Below are positions 49,808-59,661 of a DNA stretch of 64,000 nt, piece by piece (position 1 is the first letter of the stretch; the number at the start of each line of letters is the position of its first letter). The translations under genes were made by a program, and so were the position numbers. The stretch is from the NCBI GenBank assembly GCA_016214565.1, contig JACROE010000002.1:344007-408006 (forward strand), read 5' to 3'. The notes beneath the pieces were generated by a model. The model worked only from the letters and a program-made list of their open reading frames with translations. It had not been told where the DNA came from and did not search any database. The stretch is from Candidatus Kerfeldbacteria bacterium (lineage in GTDB: Bacteria > Patescibacteriota > Patescibacteriia > UBA10025 > JAHIVO01).

Positions 49808-50467
49808 TTACAGAAATTGAATAATCAAGTTGGTAGCGAAGAAAGCGACTCCACCCAATAAGTGCACGATAATCGGCAAGGCAATTCGCCGGTAACGCTC
49901 CATTATGTATCCAAGAAATAAACCAAAGCTGAAGGTGACGAGCATCATCATCCAGCCGTATTGTAAATGTGAAATCGAATATAGAAATGACGAAATAACA
50001 ACCGCCACCCACGGCCGCGGTATCCAATGTCGAATCTGCGCCCAAACATACCCTCGAAAAATATATTCCTGAAGCGGAATGCTGAGAAGCACATAGAAGA
50101 GCATGGTAAATAGGAACAACGGTTGATGTGCGGCACCGGTCCAAGGTGAAATGTCAAAATATCGACTGACGGTACCGGCCAAACCAAATAAAACACCGAG
50201 GACGCCCGCAGTGGTCAACATGGTAATAATCCCAAGTATGGTAAGGTCGAGAGTACGAATGCCGAGTAGCTGGCGAATCGAACGATCGTCTTGCAGCGAA
50301 TAAAAACACCACAAGCTGCCGTAGGCAATTAATAAATTGCTAATCATGCTAACCCCAAATCGAGAATCGTGATAGAGCGGATAAAATACAAAAAAGAGTA
50401 CGGCAGCACCAATAATCAGTAATAAAAATCGTATGGCACGGATATGCATATCTCTATCATACCCCAA
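49808..50467 (-). CDS. CPBP-family (CAAX) intramembrane metalloprotease
   Basis: EEYIFRGYV (EExxxR) and SFLYSISHL (FxxxH), in a multi-transmembrane protein. Confidence 0.75.
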   Translation of the reverse strand: MGYDRDMHIRAIRFLLLIIGAAVLFFVFYPLYHDSRFGVSMISNLLIAYGSLWCFYSLQDDRSIRQLLGIRTLDLTILGIITMLTTAGVLGVLFGLAGTVSRYFDISPWTGAAHQPLFLFTMLFYVLLSIPLQEYIFRGYVWAQIRHWIPRPWVAVVISSFLYSISHLQYGWMMMLVTFSFGLFLGYIMERYRRIALPIIVHLLGGVAFFATNLIIQFL

Positions 50468-50547
50468 AATTGCCTAGTCTTCTAGAGGCATTCTTGATTT
50501 TACCGATACACTACACTATACTAATTCAATCTCACTCATGTTGACGC

Positions 50548-50637
50548 GCGCCGTTAGCTCAGTTGGTACCCCTTGTCCGGCAGAGCCGGACCGGGGCCCC
50601 GGCCCGTAAGGGCCAGGGGGAGCAGATCATATTTCAT
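50548..50637 (+). other. Duplicated tRNA-Lys 5' fragment (21 nt) followed by GC-rich hairpins
   Basis: gcgccgttagctcagttggta at 50548-50568 is identical to nt 1-21 of tRNA-Lys at 50895. Then ccggcagagccgg and ggggccccggcccgtaagggccaggggg hairpins. Confidence 0.6.
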
Positions 50638-50904
50638 ATGCACTTTCTCTACATATTACGCAGCAAAGTTGACCACAACCTGTACATCGGCATTGCTGAA
50701 GATGTTGAAAAAAGAATTGCACAGCACAATGCCGGTCGAGTACGATCTACAAAAAGTAGAAGACCATTACAGCTCGTGTACCAACAATCATTTCCAACTC
50801 GCCAAGAGGCTGCTAAACAGGAATGGTTACTCAAACATACGCCCGGTGCCGGTAAGCAAAAACAACGACTCGTTGAAAATTATCGACAATCTATGCGCCG
50901 TTAG
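50638..50904 (+). CDS. GIY-YIG nuclease-superfamily protein (YhbQ/UPF0213-like, 88 aa)
   Basis: FLYILRSKVDHNLYIGIAEDVEKRIAQHNAG is the GIY-YIG motif (Y.L.S....LYIG...D...R...HN.G). Its stop codon lies inside the first nucleotides of tRNA-Lys. Confidence 0.7.
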   Translation: MHFLYILRSKVDHNLYIGIAEDVEKRIAQHNAGRVRSTKSRRPLQLVYQQSFPTRQEAAKQEWLLKHTPGAGKQKQRLVENYRQSMRR

Positions 50905-50967
50905 CTCAGTTGGTAGAGCAGATCCCTCTTAAGGATACGGTCGGGGGTTCGAATCCCTCACGGCGCA
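50895..50967 (+). tRNA. tRNA-Lys (anticodon CTT), no CCA encoded
   Basis: Acceptor gcgccgt/acggcgc, D arm gctc-agttggta-gagc, anticodon arm gatcc-ctCTTaa-ggata (one G-A mismatch), T arm ggggg-ttcgaat-ccctc. Confidence 0.7.
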
Positions 50968-51116
50968 AAGCCTGAATCAGGCCATATCAAAAACCCCTGC
51001 TCAAAATGTCCGCCGCAAAACTTCGGCCGACTCCGCGGGGGTTTTTGCTACCCAAAAAGAAAACCGCCGGTAGAAAGCCACCAGCGGTTAGATTCAAATG
51101 TATTCTCCTATAAAGA

Positions 51117-52601
51117 TCAATGTTGTAACTGTTCGTCATGCAAGACCAGACGCGGTCGTGTTTCGACGATAAGTTCGCCCCCCTCCGGCTCCCAGCCTTC
51201 ATTGTAGGTACGGCCAGCTGGTGGAACAAAACCAGTATCTTTGAGACACCGGTCAATCGTCTCAGGACGAGCGCTCTTCCCATCAGGAAGACGTGGAAAA
51301 TGCGCGCACGCGCCGGTAACCCGCCGTGTACCATTGCCATTGTGACCATTACCGTTAGCAGTATGATCAAATTGCTGGCGCACCACGATCCGATGCAAAC
51401 ATTCGATAATGACGAACTCCAGCGCTAATCGGCGAAGTTCATGCGTGTCTTCTGGAATGGACTCCAGAATCGACGCGGGGAGGTGAATGTTCAGATCCAA
51501 TAGTGACCCCCTCAATTCATACTCCATACAGCCAAGGCGCCTCACATGAAACACGATATCCATGTCAGGCCAGGGACTGCCATTGGGCAAAAAGGTGATA
51601 GACTGAATCCCCAGATCCTGCACCAGTGATAGCTGATGCACATCAACGCGATCGCGTCCGTTTTTCCGAATCAGCCGAGCCGGTTCAGTGCGGATCTGCT
51701 CGCGGTGGCGACGCATGACCGGCGCAATCTCCGGTAATCCATGCTGAAACCAACGGCACCATTCACCCGCTTTCTCACGAGCGATCTGCCATCGCTGATT
51801 GTAGGATGCCATATATGCGGTCATGGCCGTCAATTGGCGATCCTCTACTACCCAGATGGGGTGCGCCGAATTGAATGGCGTCCGCTCATGATCAGCCACG
51901 GTTTTTCCTTCTGCCTTGAGCAATTGCTTGATGTTGCTCACCGACATCATGTTGAACTGTGGGCTGCCCACACCAACGACCTGGAAGACAAACCAAAGCC
52001 ACTCGACTGCTGCGACGTCCCCATCAGCCGCCAATTGGATAAGATTGGTGATCCAAGCTTTATAGAGGTGCTCCACGCAGTGACAGGAATCCTGAATCAG
52101 CCATAACAATCTTGGTTGGGCCGACTCAGGGATGCTTTTGAAACCGCGTAATCCGCACCGCAATGTCTTCCGCAACTGTTCATTGCAGGCGGGAAACGCC
52201 ATGCGACAAAACATCTGCGTATTAGCTGGACTAGAGCTGATATGGAGTAACAATCGAATCAGTAAATGGACACGAACCAGCTCAAACGGGGCTGGCATGA
52301 TATCAATCTCCCGCGTGACCAATTCATCGACGATCATCATTTCACCCCGCTCAATGCACGAGATGATAATAGCGTCAGCCAATGCTTTAAACCGAGGCGA
52401 ATCGGTACTCACCGAATATATATGCCCCGAAGCGACTGCCTCGATTACGACACGAAGTGCCTGCCGCCGGCCCGCAGCATCATGCTCCGGTCGAAAAAGG
52501 AAATTCACCACTTTGTTGATTCGCCGATCAGACTGATCACGAAAAATCTGAGTAAGCCACCCATCCAGATTAGGAATTTGGACACCAGCTGCTGTTCCCA
52601 C
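51117..52601 (-). CDS. Hypothetical protein (494 aa), Cys/His/Arg-rich, no recognisable domain
   Basis: Long ORF with uniform coding character. Reverse orientation between tRNA-Lys and the CCA enzyme. Confidence 0.5.
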   Translation of the reverse strand: MGTAAGVQIPNLDGWLTQIFRDQSDRRINKVVNFLFRPEHDAAGRRQALRVVIEAVASGHIYSVSTDSPRFKALADAIIISCIERGEMMIVDELVTREIDIMPAPFELVRVHLLIRLLLHISSSPANTQMFCRMAFPACNEQLRKTLRCGLRGFKSIPESAQPRLLWLIQDSCHCVEHLYKAWITNLIQLAADGDVAAVEWLWFVFQVVGVGSPQFNMMSVSNIKQLLKAEGKTVADHERTPFNSAHPIWVVEDRQLTAMTAYMASYNQRWQIAREKAGEWCRWFQHGLPEIAPVMRRHREQIRTEPARLIRKNGRDRVDVHQLSLVQDLGIQSITFLPNGSPWPDMDIVFHVRRLGCMEYELRGSLLDLNIHLPASILESIPEDTHELRRLALEFVIIECLHRIVVRQQFDHTANGNGHNGNGTRRVTGACAHFPRLPDGKSARPETIDRCLKDTGFVPPAGRTYNEGWEPEGGELIVETRPRLVLHDEQLQH

Positions 52602-52720
52602 ACGAAACTCCTTCCTGTTTTCTATTGTTAACGTTTATTCTCAATGAACGATATCCCACCTTAGCAATCTTTTTTTCATATTGTCAAGGCTGCAGGGATA
52701 GAGTAGGGTACTAAGTAGCT

Positions 52721-54172
52721 ATGCATTCACTCGCCGCGCTGACGCGCAATACTCAATTGACCTTTCTCGCTGCTTTTCGGCGTGATTTCCCCCATGCGGA
52801 AATCTTTGTAGTGGGCGGCATTGTCCGGGATGCCCTCATCGGTCGGTCGTCAAAAGACTACGATCTCGTGATCCGCAATGTGCCTGCCAAAAAACTACAC
52901 GCCTGGCTCCAGCGCCATGGCCATGTCGATCTGGTAGGACGATCATTTGGCGTATTTAAATTTTTACCCAAAGGTAACACACTGACGGAACCGATTGATA
53001 TCGCCTTACCACGCACTGAACATGCCTGGGGGACTGGCGGCTATCGCGACGTTGAAATCCAGTCCAACCCAATCCTACCGATTGAAGATGACTTGGCGCG
53101 ACGCGACTTCACCATCAACGCGCTTGCCTATGATGTGATCACCAAAACATTGATTGACCCCTACAACGGTCAACCGGATATTCAGAAAAAAATTATCCGA
53201 ACCGTTGGCGCCCCGTCGAAACGTTTTGGCGAAGATTATTCTCGGCTGTTGCGAGGGTTGCGCTTCAGCGCCCAATTAGGATTCACCATTGAACCGAAAA
53301 CCTGGCGCGCACTAAAAACATCAATGCGGCATATCAATAAAAAGCTTAACGGCGAATATGTGGTGCCCCGGGAAACCATTGCCAGCGAAATGAAAAAAAC
53401 GTTCGTGAGTATTCCGGCGATAGCGTTTGACCTGTATGACCAATCGGGTGCCATTAAAGAACTGATGCCCGAATTGCTCCCGATGAAGCGCTGCCCCCAA
53501 CCAAAACAATTCCACTCTGAAGGCGATGTCTGGAAACACACGCGACTGTGTTTATCTAATCTGATGGCGCCTGCTTTTTCCAAAAAATTTCCCGGAACAC
53601 CACTGACGGCCGAGCTTGTCTTCGCCGTACTTTGGCATGACATCGGCAAGCCAGCCACTCTGAAACGCAGTGATCGGTTGCGGTTCAATAACCATGATAT
53701 CGTGGGAGCTCGCATGGCACGCGCCATCATGGATCGCTTACGGCTTTCAAGCGCCGGAGTTAACACCGCTCATATCGAATGGCTGATCAGCCGGCATATG
53801 ATCGTGGCCAGCACCAAATATTCACCCATGAAAAAGACAACGATTGAAAAATATTTCTACCACGAGCAAAATCCGGGAGAACAATTGCGTAAGTTGAGCT
53901 ATGTGGACATCCTCTCCACCCTCGCCGCCCGCACCGGCAAGCCGAATCTGACTGACTACCGTGCACTGGAGCGTCAAATCATGAGCATCAAACCCCGCCG
54001 CGGTAATCGACTGGCGCCAGACTTGCTCTCCGGCAATGACATCATGCGCGCTCTGCATCTTCGGCCGGGCCCGCGCATTGGAAAAATCAAATCAAAGCTC
54101 CGCGAAGCGCAATTGCGCGGCACGATCAAAACTAAATCCCAAGCACGGGCATATCTCACCAAACTCTCATGA
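52721..54172 (+). CDS. cca: CCA-adding enzyme / class II tRNA nucleotidyltransferase with an HD domain
   Basis: IFVVGGIVRDALIG...DYDLV (Pol-beta-like head), RRDFTINALAYD, LWHDIGKPAT (HD). Confidence 0.8.
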   Translation: MHSLAALTRNTQLTFLAAFRRDFPHAEIFVVGGIVRDALIGRSSKDYDLVIRNVPAKKLHAWLQRHGHVDLVGRSFGVFKFLPKGNTLTEPIDIALPRTEHAWGTGGYRDVEIQSNPILPIEDDLARRDFTINALAYDVITKTLIDPYNGQPDIQKKIIRTVGAPSKRFGEDYSRLLRGLRFSAQLGFTIEPKTWRALKTSMRHINKKLNGEYVVPRETIASEMKKTFVSIPAIAFDLYDQSGAIKELMPELLPMKRCPQPKQFHSEGDVWKHTRLCLSNLMAPAFSKKFPGTPLTAELVFAVLWHDIGKPATLKRSDRLRFNNHDIVGARMARAIMDRLRLSSAGVNTAHIEWLISRHMIVASTKYSPMKKTTIEKYFYHEQNPGEQLRKLSYVDILSTLAARTGKPNLTDYRALERQIMSIKPRRGNRLAPDLLSGNDIMRALHLRPGPRIGKIKSKLREAQLRGTIKTKSQARAYLTKLS

Positions 54173-55110
54173 CCACCTATACCGCAACGACCTCGGATGC
54201 AGCAAAACGACTGGACGTGTTCCTTCACGAGCAGCTGCCTGATTTGACGCGATCGCAAATCCAGAAGCGGATAAAGGTCGGCTTAGTTTCAATCAATGGT
54301 AAATCACCCGCGGTCCACCAATTCCTTAAGGCAGGTGATGTTATTGCAATGATTGACACCATGCCCGAGGCTCCAATGGTATTGCCAAATACGGCACGGG
54401 CAAAAACCCTGCCCGCAATTCCCATACTGGCAGATACGCATAAGTATGTCGTCATCAATAAACCCGCCGGTGTCCTGGTGCACCCAGCCGCCGTCACTGA
54501 CGAACCCACGCTGGTGGATTGGTTTGTGCAGCACAATCCTCAGAGTGCTAAGGTGGGCGAAGATCCGATGCGGCCGGGGATTGTCCATCGCCTGGATCGT
54601 GACGTGTCTGGGCTGATGGTGATCGCCAAGACCCAAGACGTATTCGATGACCTCAAAGAACAATTCAAATCCCACAGCATTGAAAAATGGTACTACGCAC
54701 TGTGTATCGGCCAACCGCAGAAGGACGAGGGAGAAATTCGATTTAATATTGATCGCAGCACGCGGGCAGGGCATAAAATGGCGGCTGTCCCGGAGCATGA
54801 AGCGCGGGGACGTCGGGCAATCACCCGATTTGAAGTAGTCGAACGATTGCCCGGGCACAGCTTACTCAAATTAGACATCCTCACCGGACGCACTCATCAA
54901 ATCCGCGTGCATCTCAATGCCTTCAATCTGCCGATCGTCGGCGATCAGCTATACCGGCATCCAAAGGCCAAAACGACTATCACGACGAATCGTATCTGCT
55001 TGCAGGCGTACCACCTAGTATTTACTGACCAAGCGGGCCATCGACTGACGTTTGACCTCCCTTTAGACCCCACCATTAAGGCCCTGTGTGACAAACTGCG
55101 CCGGGGTTGA
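54169..55110 (+). CDS. RluA-family 23S rRNA pseudouridine synthase (RluD-like, with N-terminal S4 domain)
   Basis: HRLDRDVSGLMVIAKT (the catalytic Asp motif HRLDxxTSG). N-terminal S4-like RLD.FL. Confidence 0.8.
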   Translation: MTTYTATTSDAAKRLDVFLHEQLPDLTRSQIQKRIKVGLVSINGKSPAVHQFLKAGDVIAMIDTMPEAPMVLPNTARAKTLPAIPILADTHKYVVINKPAGVLVHPAAVTDEPTLVDWFVQHNPQSAKVGEDPMRPGIVHRLDRDVSGLMVIAKTQDVFDDLKEQFKSHSIEKWYYALCIGQPQKDEGEIRFNIDRSTRAGHKMAAVPEHEARGRRAITRFEVVERLPGHSLLKLDILTGRTHQIRVHLNAFNLPIVGDQLYRHPKAKTTITTNRICLQAYHLVFTDQAGHRLTFDLPLDPTIKALCDKLRRG

Positions 55111-55173
55111 CAGGTCAGAGCAATATCGGTATGCTGGTGATTACTTAAAAAGAACTAATCGCCGTTTTTTTGT

Positions 55174-55521
55174 ATGAAAAAAACTATCGCAGAATTGAAC
55201 AAGCAGCATCTCAAAACAGACCTGCCGGACCTCAAGCCCGGGCAAACCGTGGCCGTATACCAAAAGATTATTGAAGGAGAGAAAGAGCGTATCCAAAAAT
55301 TTGAAGGTACCATCTTAGGCCGTAGTGGTGGCAATGGTATCAATGGCACAATCACCGTGCGTAAGATTGCCGAAGGTGTGGGCGTAGAGAAAATATTCCC
55401 TATCAATCTCCCCACCATCACCAAAATTGAAGTGCTGAAGACTGCCCGTGTCCGACGAGCCAAACTCTACTACCTCCGCTCCTACAAAAAGAAATTGAAG
55501 GAAATTAAGGGCAAAAAATAG
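55174..55521 (+). CDS. rplS: 50S ribosomal protein L19
   Basis: PDLKPGQTVAVYQKI.EG.KERIQ.FEG.I...G.G...T.TVRKI..GVGVE..FP..LP.I.KIEVL. Confidence 0.85.
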   Translation: MKKTIAELNKQHLKTDLPDLKPGQTVAVYQKIIEGEKERIQKFEGTILGRSGGNGINGTITVRKIAEGVGVEKIFPINLPTITKIEVLKTARVRRAKLYYLRSYKKKLKEIKGKK

Positions 55522-55552
55522 GACTCAGGCTGTCCCTTCCTAAATTTACGAG

Positions 55553-55639
55553 CGGACGTGGCGCAATTTGGTAGACGCGCTAGCTTGAGGTGCTAGTCCC
55601 CGTGAGGGGTTGGAGGTTCAAGTCCTCTCGTCCGCACCA
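55553..55639 (+). tRNA. tRNA-Leu (anticodon GAG), long variable arm, CCA encoded
   Basis: Acceptor gcggacg/cgtccgc, anticodon arm ctagc-ttGAGgt-gctag, variable stem cccc-gtga-gggg, T arm ggagg-ttcaagt-cctct. Confidence 0.8.
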
Positions 55640-55701
55640 ATCCATTGCCGAATGATCCTCAAGTCATGCTCGGCCATATCCTTTTTCAATCAGAATATCC
55701 C

Positions 55702-55801
55702 GAGCCTGCCCATTGGCAGGCGAGGAAAAGGAGAGTGTGCGCCAAGGGTGGAGTTGCTTTGCGGAAGCAAAGAAACGTAACCCGCGCCGCACAGTCGACG
55801 T
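55702..55801 (+). repeat. Conserved ~100-nt tRNA-upstream element, copy C
   Basis: Hairpin gagcctgcccattggcaggc (1 mismatch to copy A), then gaggaaaaggaga, ccaagggtggagt, hairpin gctttgc-ggaa-gcaaag, ending ...cagtcgacgt directly before G-1 of tRNA-His. Confidence 0.6.
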
Positions 55802-55877
55802 GGTGGCTATAGCACAGTGGTTAGTGCGCTGGTCTGTGGCACCAGACACGAGGGTTCGAATCCCTCTAGCCACCCCA
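55802..55877 (+). tRNA. tRNA-His (anticodon GTG) with an encoded G-1, CCA encoded
   Basis: G-1 plus acceptor gtggcta/tagccac, discriminator C, D arm gcac-agtggtta-gtgc, anticodon arm ctggt-ctGTGgc-accag, T arm gaggg-ttcgaat-ccctc. Confidence 0.85.
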
Positions 55878-55926
55878 AAAAAGGTTTCATCATAGCAATA
55901 TGGTGGAACTTTTTTTGTATGACACG

Positions 55927-56619
55927 CTATCGATCTGATGATTTTCGGGCGAACTGAAAAGAAAACCAGAGTACAATACTAATAAATACTCCATACGCGA
56001 GCACAAACGACGCTGTATGGTGCCATATGCCAGGCTTATAGATTGGCAATCGTTTCATGAGCAGCACCAAAGGATTTGGCTCATAATAATCAAACGAAAA
56101 AACTAAATTACTCGCATAGGCCTCCCCATTGATCAATAATCGGCCGTCGGGATACCAGTCGTGCGGCAACGCAAGCCACGTCAAACCATCGGCATTCGCT
56201 TGATCGATAGACAAAATAAACTGTGCATCTTTTGAATGAGCCACCGGCGGTAGAGTCAGGGTAATAGTTTGAGGTCCTGGCTCAGGACTGATGGTGACGA
56301 CCTGCTCGAGCAAACGCTCACGCTCACCATAGGAACGAACAGAGGCGCGGATATCATGACTAAGGCGCTCATTAATGACGGTAAATTGAATTCTGGCTAA
56401 ATCTGGTTGAGACGCAATAAAAGCCTGTTCAAGAACAGCCGGAACGCCGGGATCAAATGTAATAGACTGGGCGTGGGCATAGGTAAAAACTGGATTGCCT
56501 TCTGTATCATAATATCGTGTCGAAATAACAAAAATTAACACAACCGCTCCCACAGCGCTCGCCAACACGACGGTGAGTAAGATTGGTAACCGATGTTGTT
56601 TAGGTAATACGGCAAACAT
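55927..56619 (-). CDS. Hypothetical membrane-anchored protein
   Basis: Start trimmed to MFAVLPKQ..., which abuts the upstream gene's stop. One N-terminal transmembrane segment and no motifs. Confidence 0.4.
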   Translation of the reverse strand: MFAVLPKQHRLPILLTVVLASAVGAVVLIFVISTRYYDTEGNPVFTYAHAQSITFDPGVPAVLEQAFIASQPDLARIQFTVINERLSHDIRASVRSYGERERLLEQVVTISPEPGPQTITLTLPPVAHSKDAQFILSIDQANADGLTWLALPHDWYPDGRLLINGEAYASNLVFSFDYYEPNPLVLLMKRLPIYKPGIWHHTASFVLAYGVFISIVLWFSFQFARKSSDR

Positions 56620-56620
56620 A

Positions 56621-58105
56621 TTATAAGTAATATCGAGGAAGGATATAAAAGAAAAGCGCGCACACATTAATGAGAATAATCCCATTCGTGAGAGATAAGT
56701 ACAGTGCTCGATGAAACTTTTGCGGCAGCAATTTCTGCAATCCAACCACCAATAGAATAGTTAATGGGGCGATAACCGGGAAGAGGTAGCGCCCATCAAT
56801 CGGGAAACCAGGCATTATGCCGGTAGTCAAAAGTGATTTGAGAAAAATCAACAATAATAATCCCTCCAGAGCCACGATGAAAATGCATAATAGTAGCATT
56901 TGCATCATGTATGATTGAGGTTGCTGACGCCTAGTAACCACAAGATGTACTAACCCAAAAAACCCAAGTCCAGCACTGATGGCAAAAAGTACCTGGTACA
57001 GCGAGCCCAAAGCAAATTCATGACAACAACCAAAGGCGGAAAAATAAGTAAGAAACATATAAAAATATCTCAGTACAATGGCGGTAATCATAAGTCCCGC
57101 TCCTGCACCACTGACCGTAGCCGAATCAAAATTGCTCAGCCCCGTAATCTGACTTGATCCGATCTGCCCCACTGAATCGGAAAAAAACCACCACCCCGCA
57201 ATTGCCAGCGTAACCCCAACAATAATTAAAGCATATGCCGCACAGCGCCGAAAATTTCGCTCTCTCATGCACTGAATAAGATAAAAAATCCCCAATGGCA
57301 CGGCAAATACGATGAATTGAGGCTTGGTCAATACGCCTCCTGCAAAAATTAACCCCAACCATAACGCCTGCTGCCACTGCATCTTTTCCGAGAGATATTT
57401 AACCAGGAGATACACCAATAGCGTGCCAAAGGTAATTAATAAATGATCATTGTTCAATCCTGAGGCCGTATACGCCAGTCGGGGCATGAAGCCGATCAAT
57501 GCCGCAACGGTCAGCGCACCCAGATGACTAGTCAACACACGTCGCGCCAGTTGATAAGCAAAAAATACGGTCAGCAATAAAAAAATAATATTAAACGCTC
57601 GCATCGCGTACGACCGAGTTATAATGTCGGCATGATAAAAAAGTAAATAAGGGATTGCCTCCAATGCATAATACAATGGGGGATATCGATATGTGGGATT
57701 CTGATAGTTATCCAGGGAGGTGCGCCGATCCAGGCCAGCCAGCGCCGCCAGAGCTTGACCAGATCGCTCCCCGGCATCAAAATCTTGATGCTGCACCAAC
57801 CCCCGCATCGAAGCGGCCTCTATGATTTCGCTATTTTCTAAAAGCGCATCAGCGGCCCGCATTTCATCCGATTGGGTGAGCGTTGCATCGGTCTGCGGAT
57901 GAACCCCGACTGCAATCGGGAGCCGCCGCTCCTCGACGAGAAAAGCAGTGTACGCATAATGTTCTATCTCGTCATAATTTTGCCACAGCGGCACGACCAT
58001 AACGAAAACAAGCTCGTTCACCATAACGGCGAGTAAGAGCAACAAAATCAGTTTGTGGCGAATAAAAAAATTTTTTATCCCGAATGGCATAGGTTGTGCC
58101 CTCAT
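56621..58105 (-). CDS. GT-C-superfamily membrane glycosyltransferase (ArnT/PMT, GT39/GT83-like)
   Basis: About 11 transmembrane helices with an early extracytoplasmic loop (DE-like acidic motif near the N-terminus), an architecture typical of undecaprenyl/dolichyl-phosphate-sugar transferases. Confidence 0.45.
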   Translation of the reverse strand: MRAQPMPFGIKNFFIRHKLILLLLLAVMVNELVFVMVVPLWQNYDEIEHYAYTAFLVEERRLPIAVGVHPQTDATLTQSDEMRAADALLENSEIIEAASMRGLVQHQDFDAGERSGQALAALAGLDRRTSLDNYQNPTYRYPPLYYALEAIPYLLFYHADIITRSYAMRAFNIIFLLLTVFFAYQLARRVLTSHLGALTVAALIGFMPRLAYTASGLNNDHLLITFGTLLVYLLVKYLSEKMQWQQALWLGLIFAGGVLTKPQFIVFAVPLGIFYLIQCMRERNFRRCAAYALIIVGVTLAIAGWWFFSDSVGQIGSSQITGLSNFDSATVSGAGAGLMITAIVLRYFYMFLTYFSAFGCCHEFALGSLYQVLFAISAGLGFFGLVHLVVTRRQQPQSYMMQMLLLCIFIVALEGLLLLIFLKSLLTTGIMPGFPIDGRYLFPVIAPLTILLVVGLQKLLPQKFHRALYLSLTNGIILINVCALFFYILPRYYL

Positions 58106-58203
58106 TATAGGAGCTTTACCCCAAATAATCCACTGGCTACCACGGGATCAACACCCGACAATATTTACCGAACAACACGAAAAGTGGTAGCGCCAGTTCA
58201 ATA

Positions 58204-59547
58204 ATGAGGTATAATGGATATACTATGGATGTGCAGAAAACCATTAGTTCTGAGGGGTCACCGGCAGATGCCTGGCGTGGCATTGGGATGATCATCTTCA
58301 TCTGCGGGCTGGCGTGGTTTGGCTACCACACGCTCTACACTACCTTTGTTGACCGGGACGTCTTTTCTGATTTCCCCACCTATTACTTTTCCGCAACCGC
58401 GCTAAGCCAAGGAGTTGATTTTTATGATCAATCAACCATTGCCCAATTAGGGCGGGAAATTCCATACGCGAAAGATATGGGCGCCTACCTGTATCCTCCG
58501 GTTCTGCTGGAATTACTCACCCCGTTAACCACGCTGGGCTATCAGCCGGCAAAAATTATTTGGGCATTGATTTCCCTCGTCGCGCTCTTTTTCATTGGGA
58601 AAGAGCTGTGGCGCCGGATACGCCCTGAGCAGCGAGATCTATTTTGGGGACTTTCCGGATTTCTGCTCATGTCGTGGCCGATGAAACAAGTGCTAGTACA
58701 TGGACAATTGGAACTTATCATCCTTTTTCTGATTTTGGTGGCTTTTCGTTGGTCACAGCATAACCATGCCGCCCGAGCGGGGATCGCGCTCGGCATCGCC
58801 ACTACTTTGAAACTATATCCCGCTTTTTTCTTCCTTTACTTCATATACAAAAAGCAATGGGGATCGCTCTGCTATGGAATCGCCACCATACTTGTGCTGA
58901 TAGGCATTTCATTTGCCATGCTGCCCGGGGAACGGCTAAATACTTTTACTACTTCGGTCATGCCAAAACTGCTCCGCGGAGAAGCCAGCCAGCAAACAGT
59001 GGGGGGTAAAATCTCATATGCCGGAACAAAATATTGGCCAAATAACTACTCACTCTCTGGATTATTCGCCCATACCATGACCAAGCAGGATGTAAGTCAG
59101 GGATTGATCGATGCGCCAAAAGCTGCCACGGCGCTCTACTATGGCTCAGCCATCGCCGTGCTGCTGACCACGCTCTATCTGCTCTTTGTTCGGCGAGCCC
59201 AGGACAGCCTACTATCTCTGTCACTGCTCAGCATTACCTTTCTCCTGATTAATCCGCTGGTCTGGGAGTACTACCTGGTACTTGCCATACCTGCATTTTT
59301 TTGGTTTTTTGATTCCAGCACCCCACCAAACAAATTCGCGAGATACGCCTTTATTATCATGGCGCTGGCATTCGCCGTCATCTGTTTGGATATATATTAT
59401 TGGTACCCATTTATGCGGCAAGGTGTGGGCACGCTGATTATGTCAATAAAGATTATTGCACTACTGTCAATCTACGGGGTATTGACCTGGAGATCATGGT
59501 CATCATCGCGCGACACCCTTCCGACGCCAACATTGAATCGAGGATAG
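58204..59547 (+). CDS. DUF2029/GT87-like polytopic membrane glycosyltransferase
   Basis: Multi-transmembrane protein. The YLYPPVLLELLTPL segment resembles the GT87/DUF2029 mannosyltransferase-like family. Confidence 0.4.
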   Translation: MRYNGYTMDVQKTISSEGSPADAWRGIGMIIFICGLAWFGYHTLYTTFVDRDVFSDFPTYYFSATALSQGVDFYDQSTIAQLGREIPYAKDMGAYLYPPVLLELLTPLTTLGYQPAKIIWALISLVALFFIGKELWRRIRPEQRDLFWGLSGFLLMSWPMKQVLVHGQLELIILFLILVAFRWSQHNHAARAGIALGIATTLKLYPAFFFLYFIYKKQWGSLCYGIATILVLIGISFAMLPGERLNTFTTSVMPKLLRGEASQQTVGGKISYAGTKYWPNNYSLSGLFAHTMTKQDVSQGLIDAPKAATALYYGSAIAVLLTTLYLLFVRRAQDSLLSLSLLSITFLLINPLVWEYYLVLAIPAFFWFFDSSTPPNKFARYAFIIMALAFAVICLDIYYWYPFMRQGVGTLIMSIKIIALLSIYGVLTWRSWSSSRDTLPTPTLNRG

Positions 59548-59661
59548 ACTCGAATACGCCACGCCCCCACTTGACGACCCAGATAGAATTGAATAAGGTA
59601 GCGGGACAAACCTAACAACGCTCACCAGTCACCATCACAATCCAGAAAGGGAGGTTCGCAC

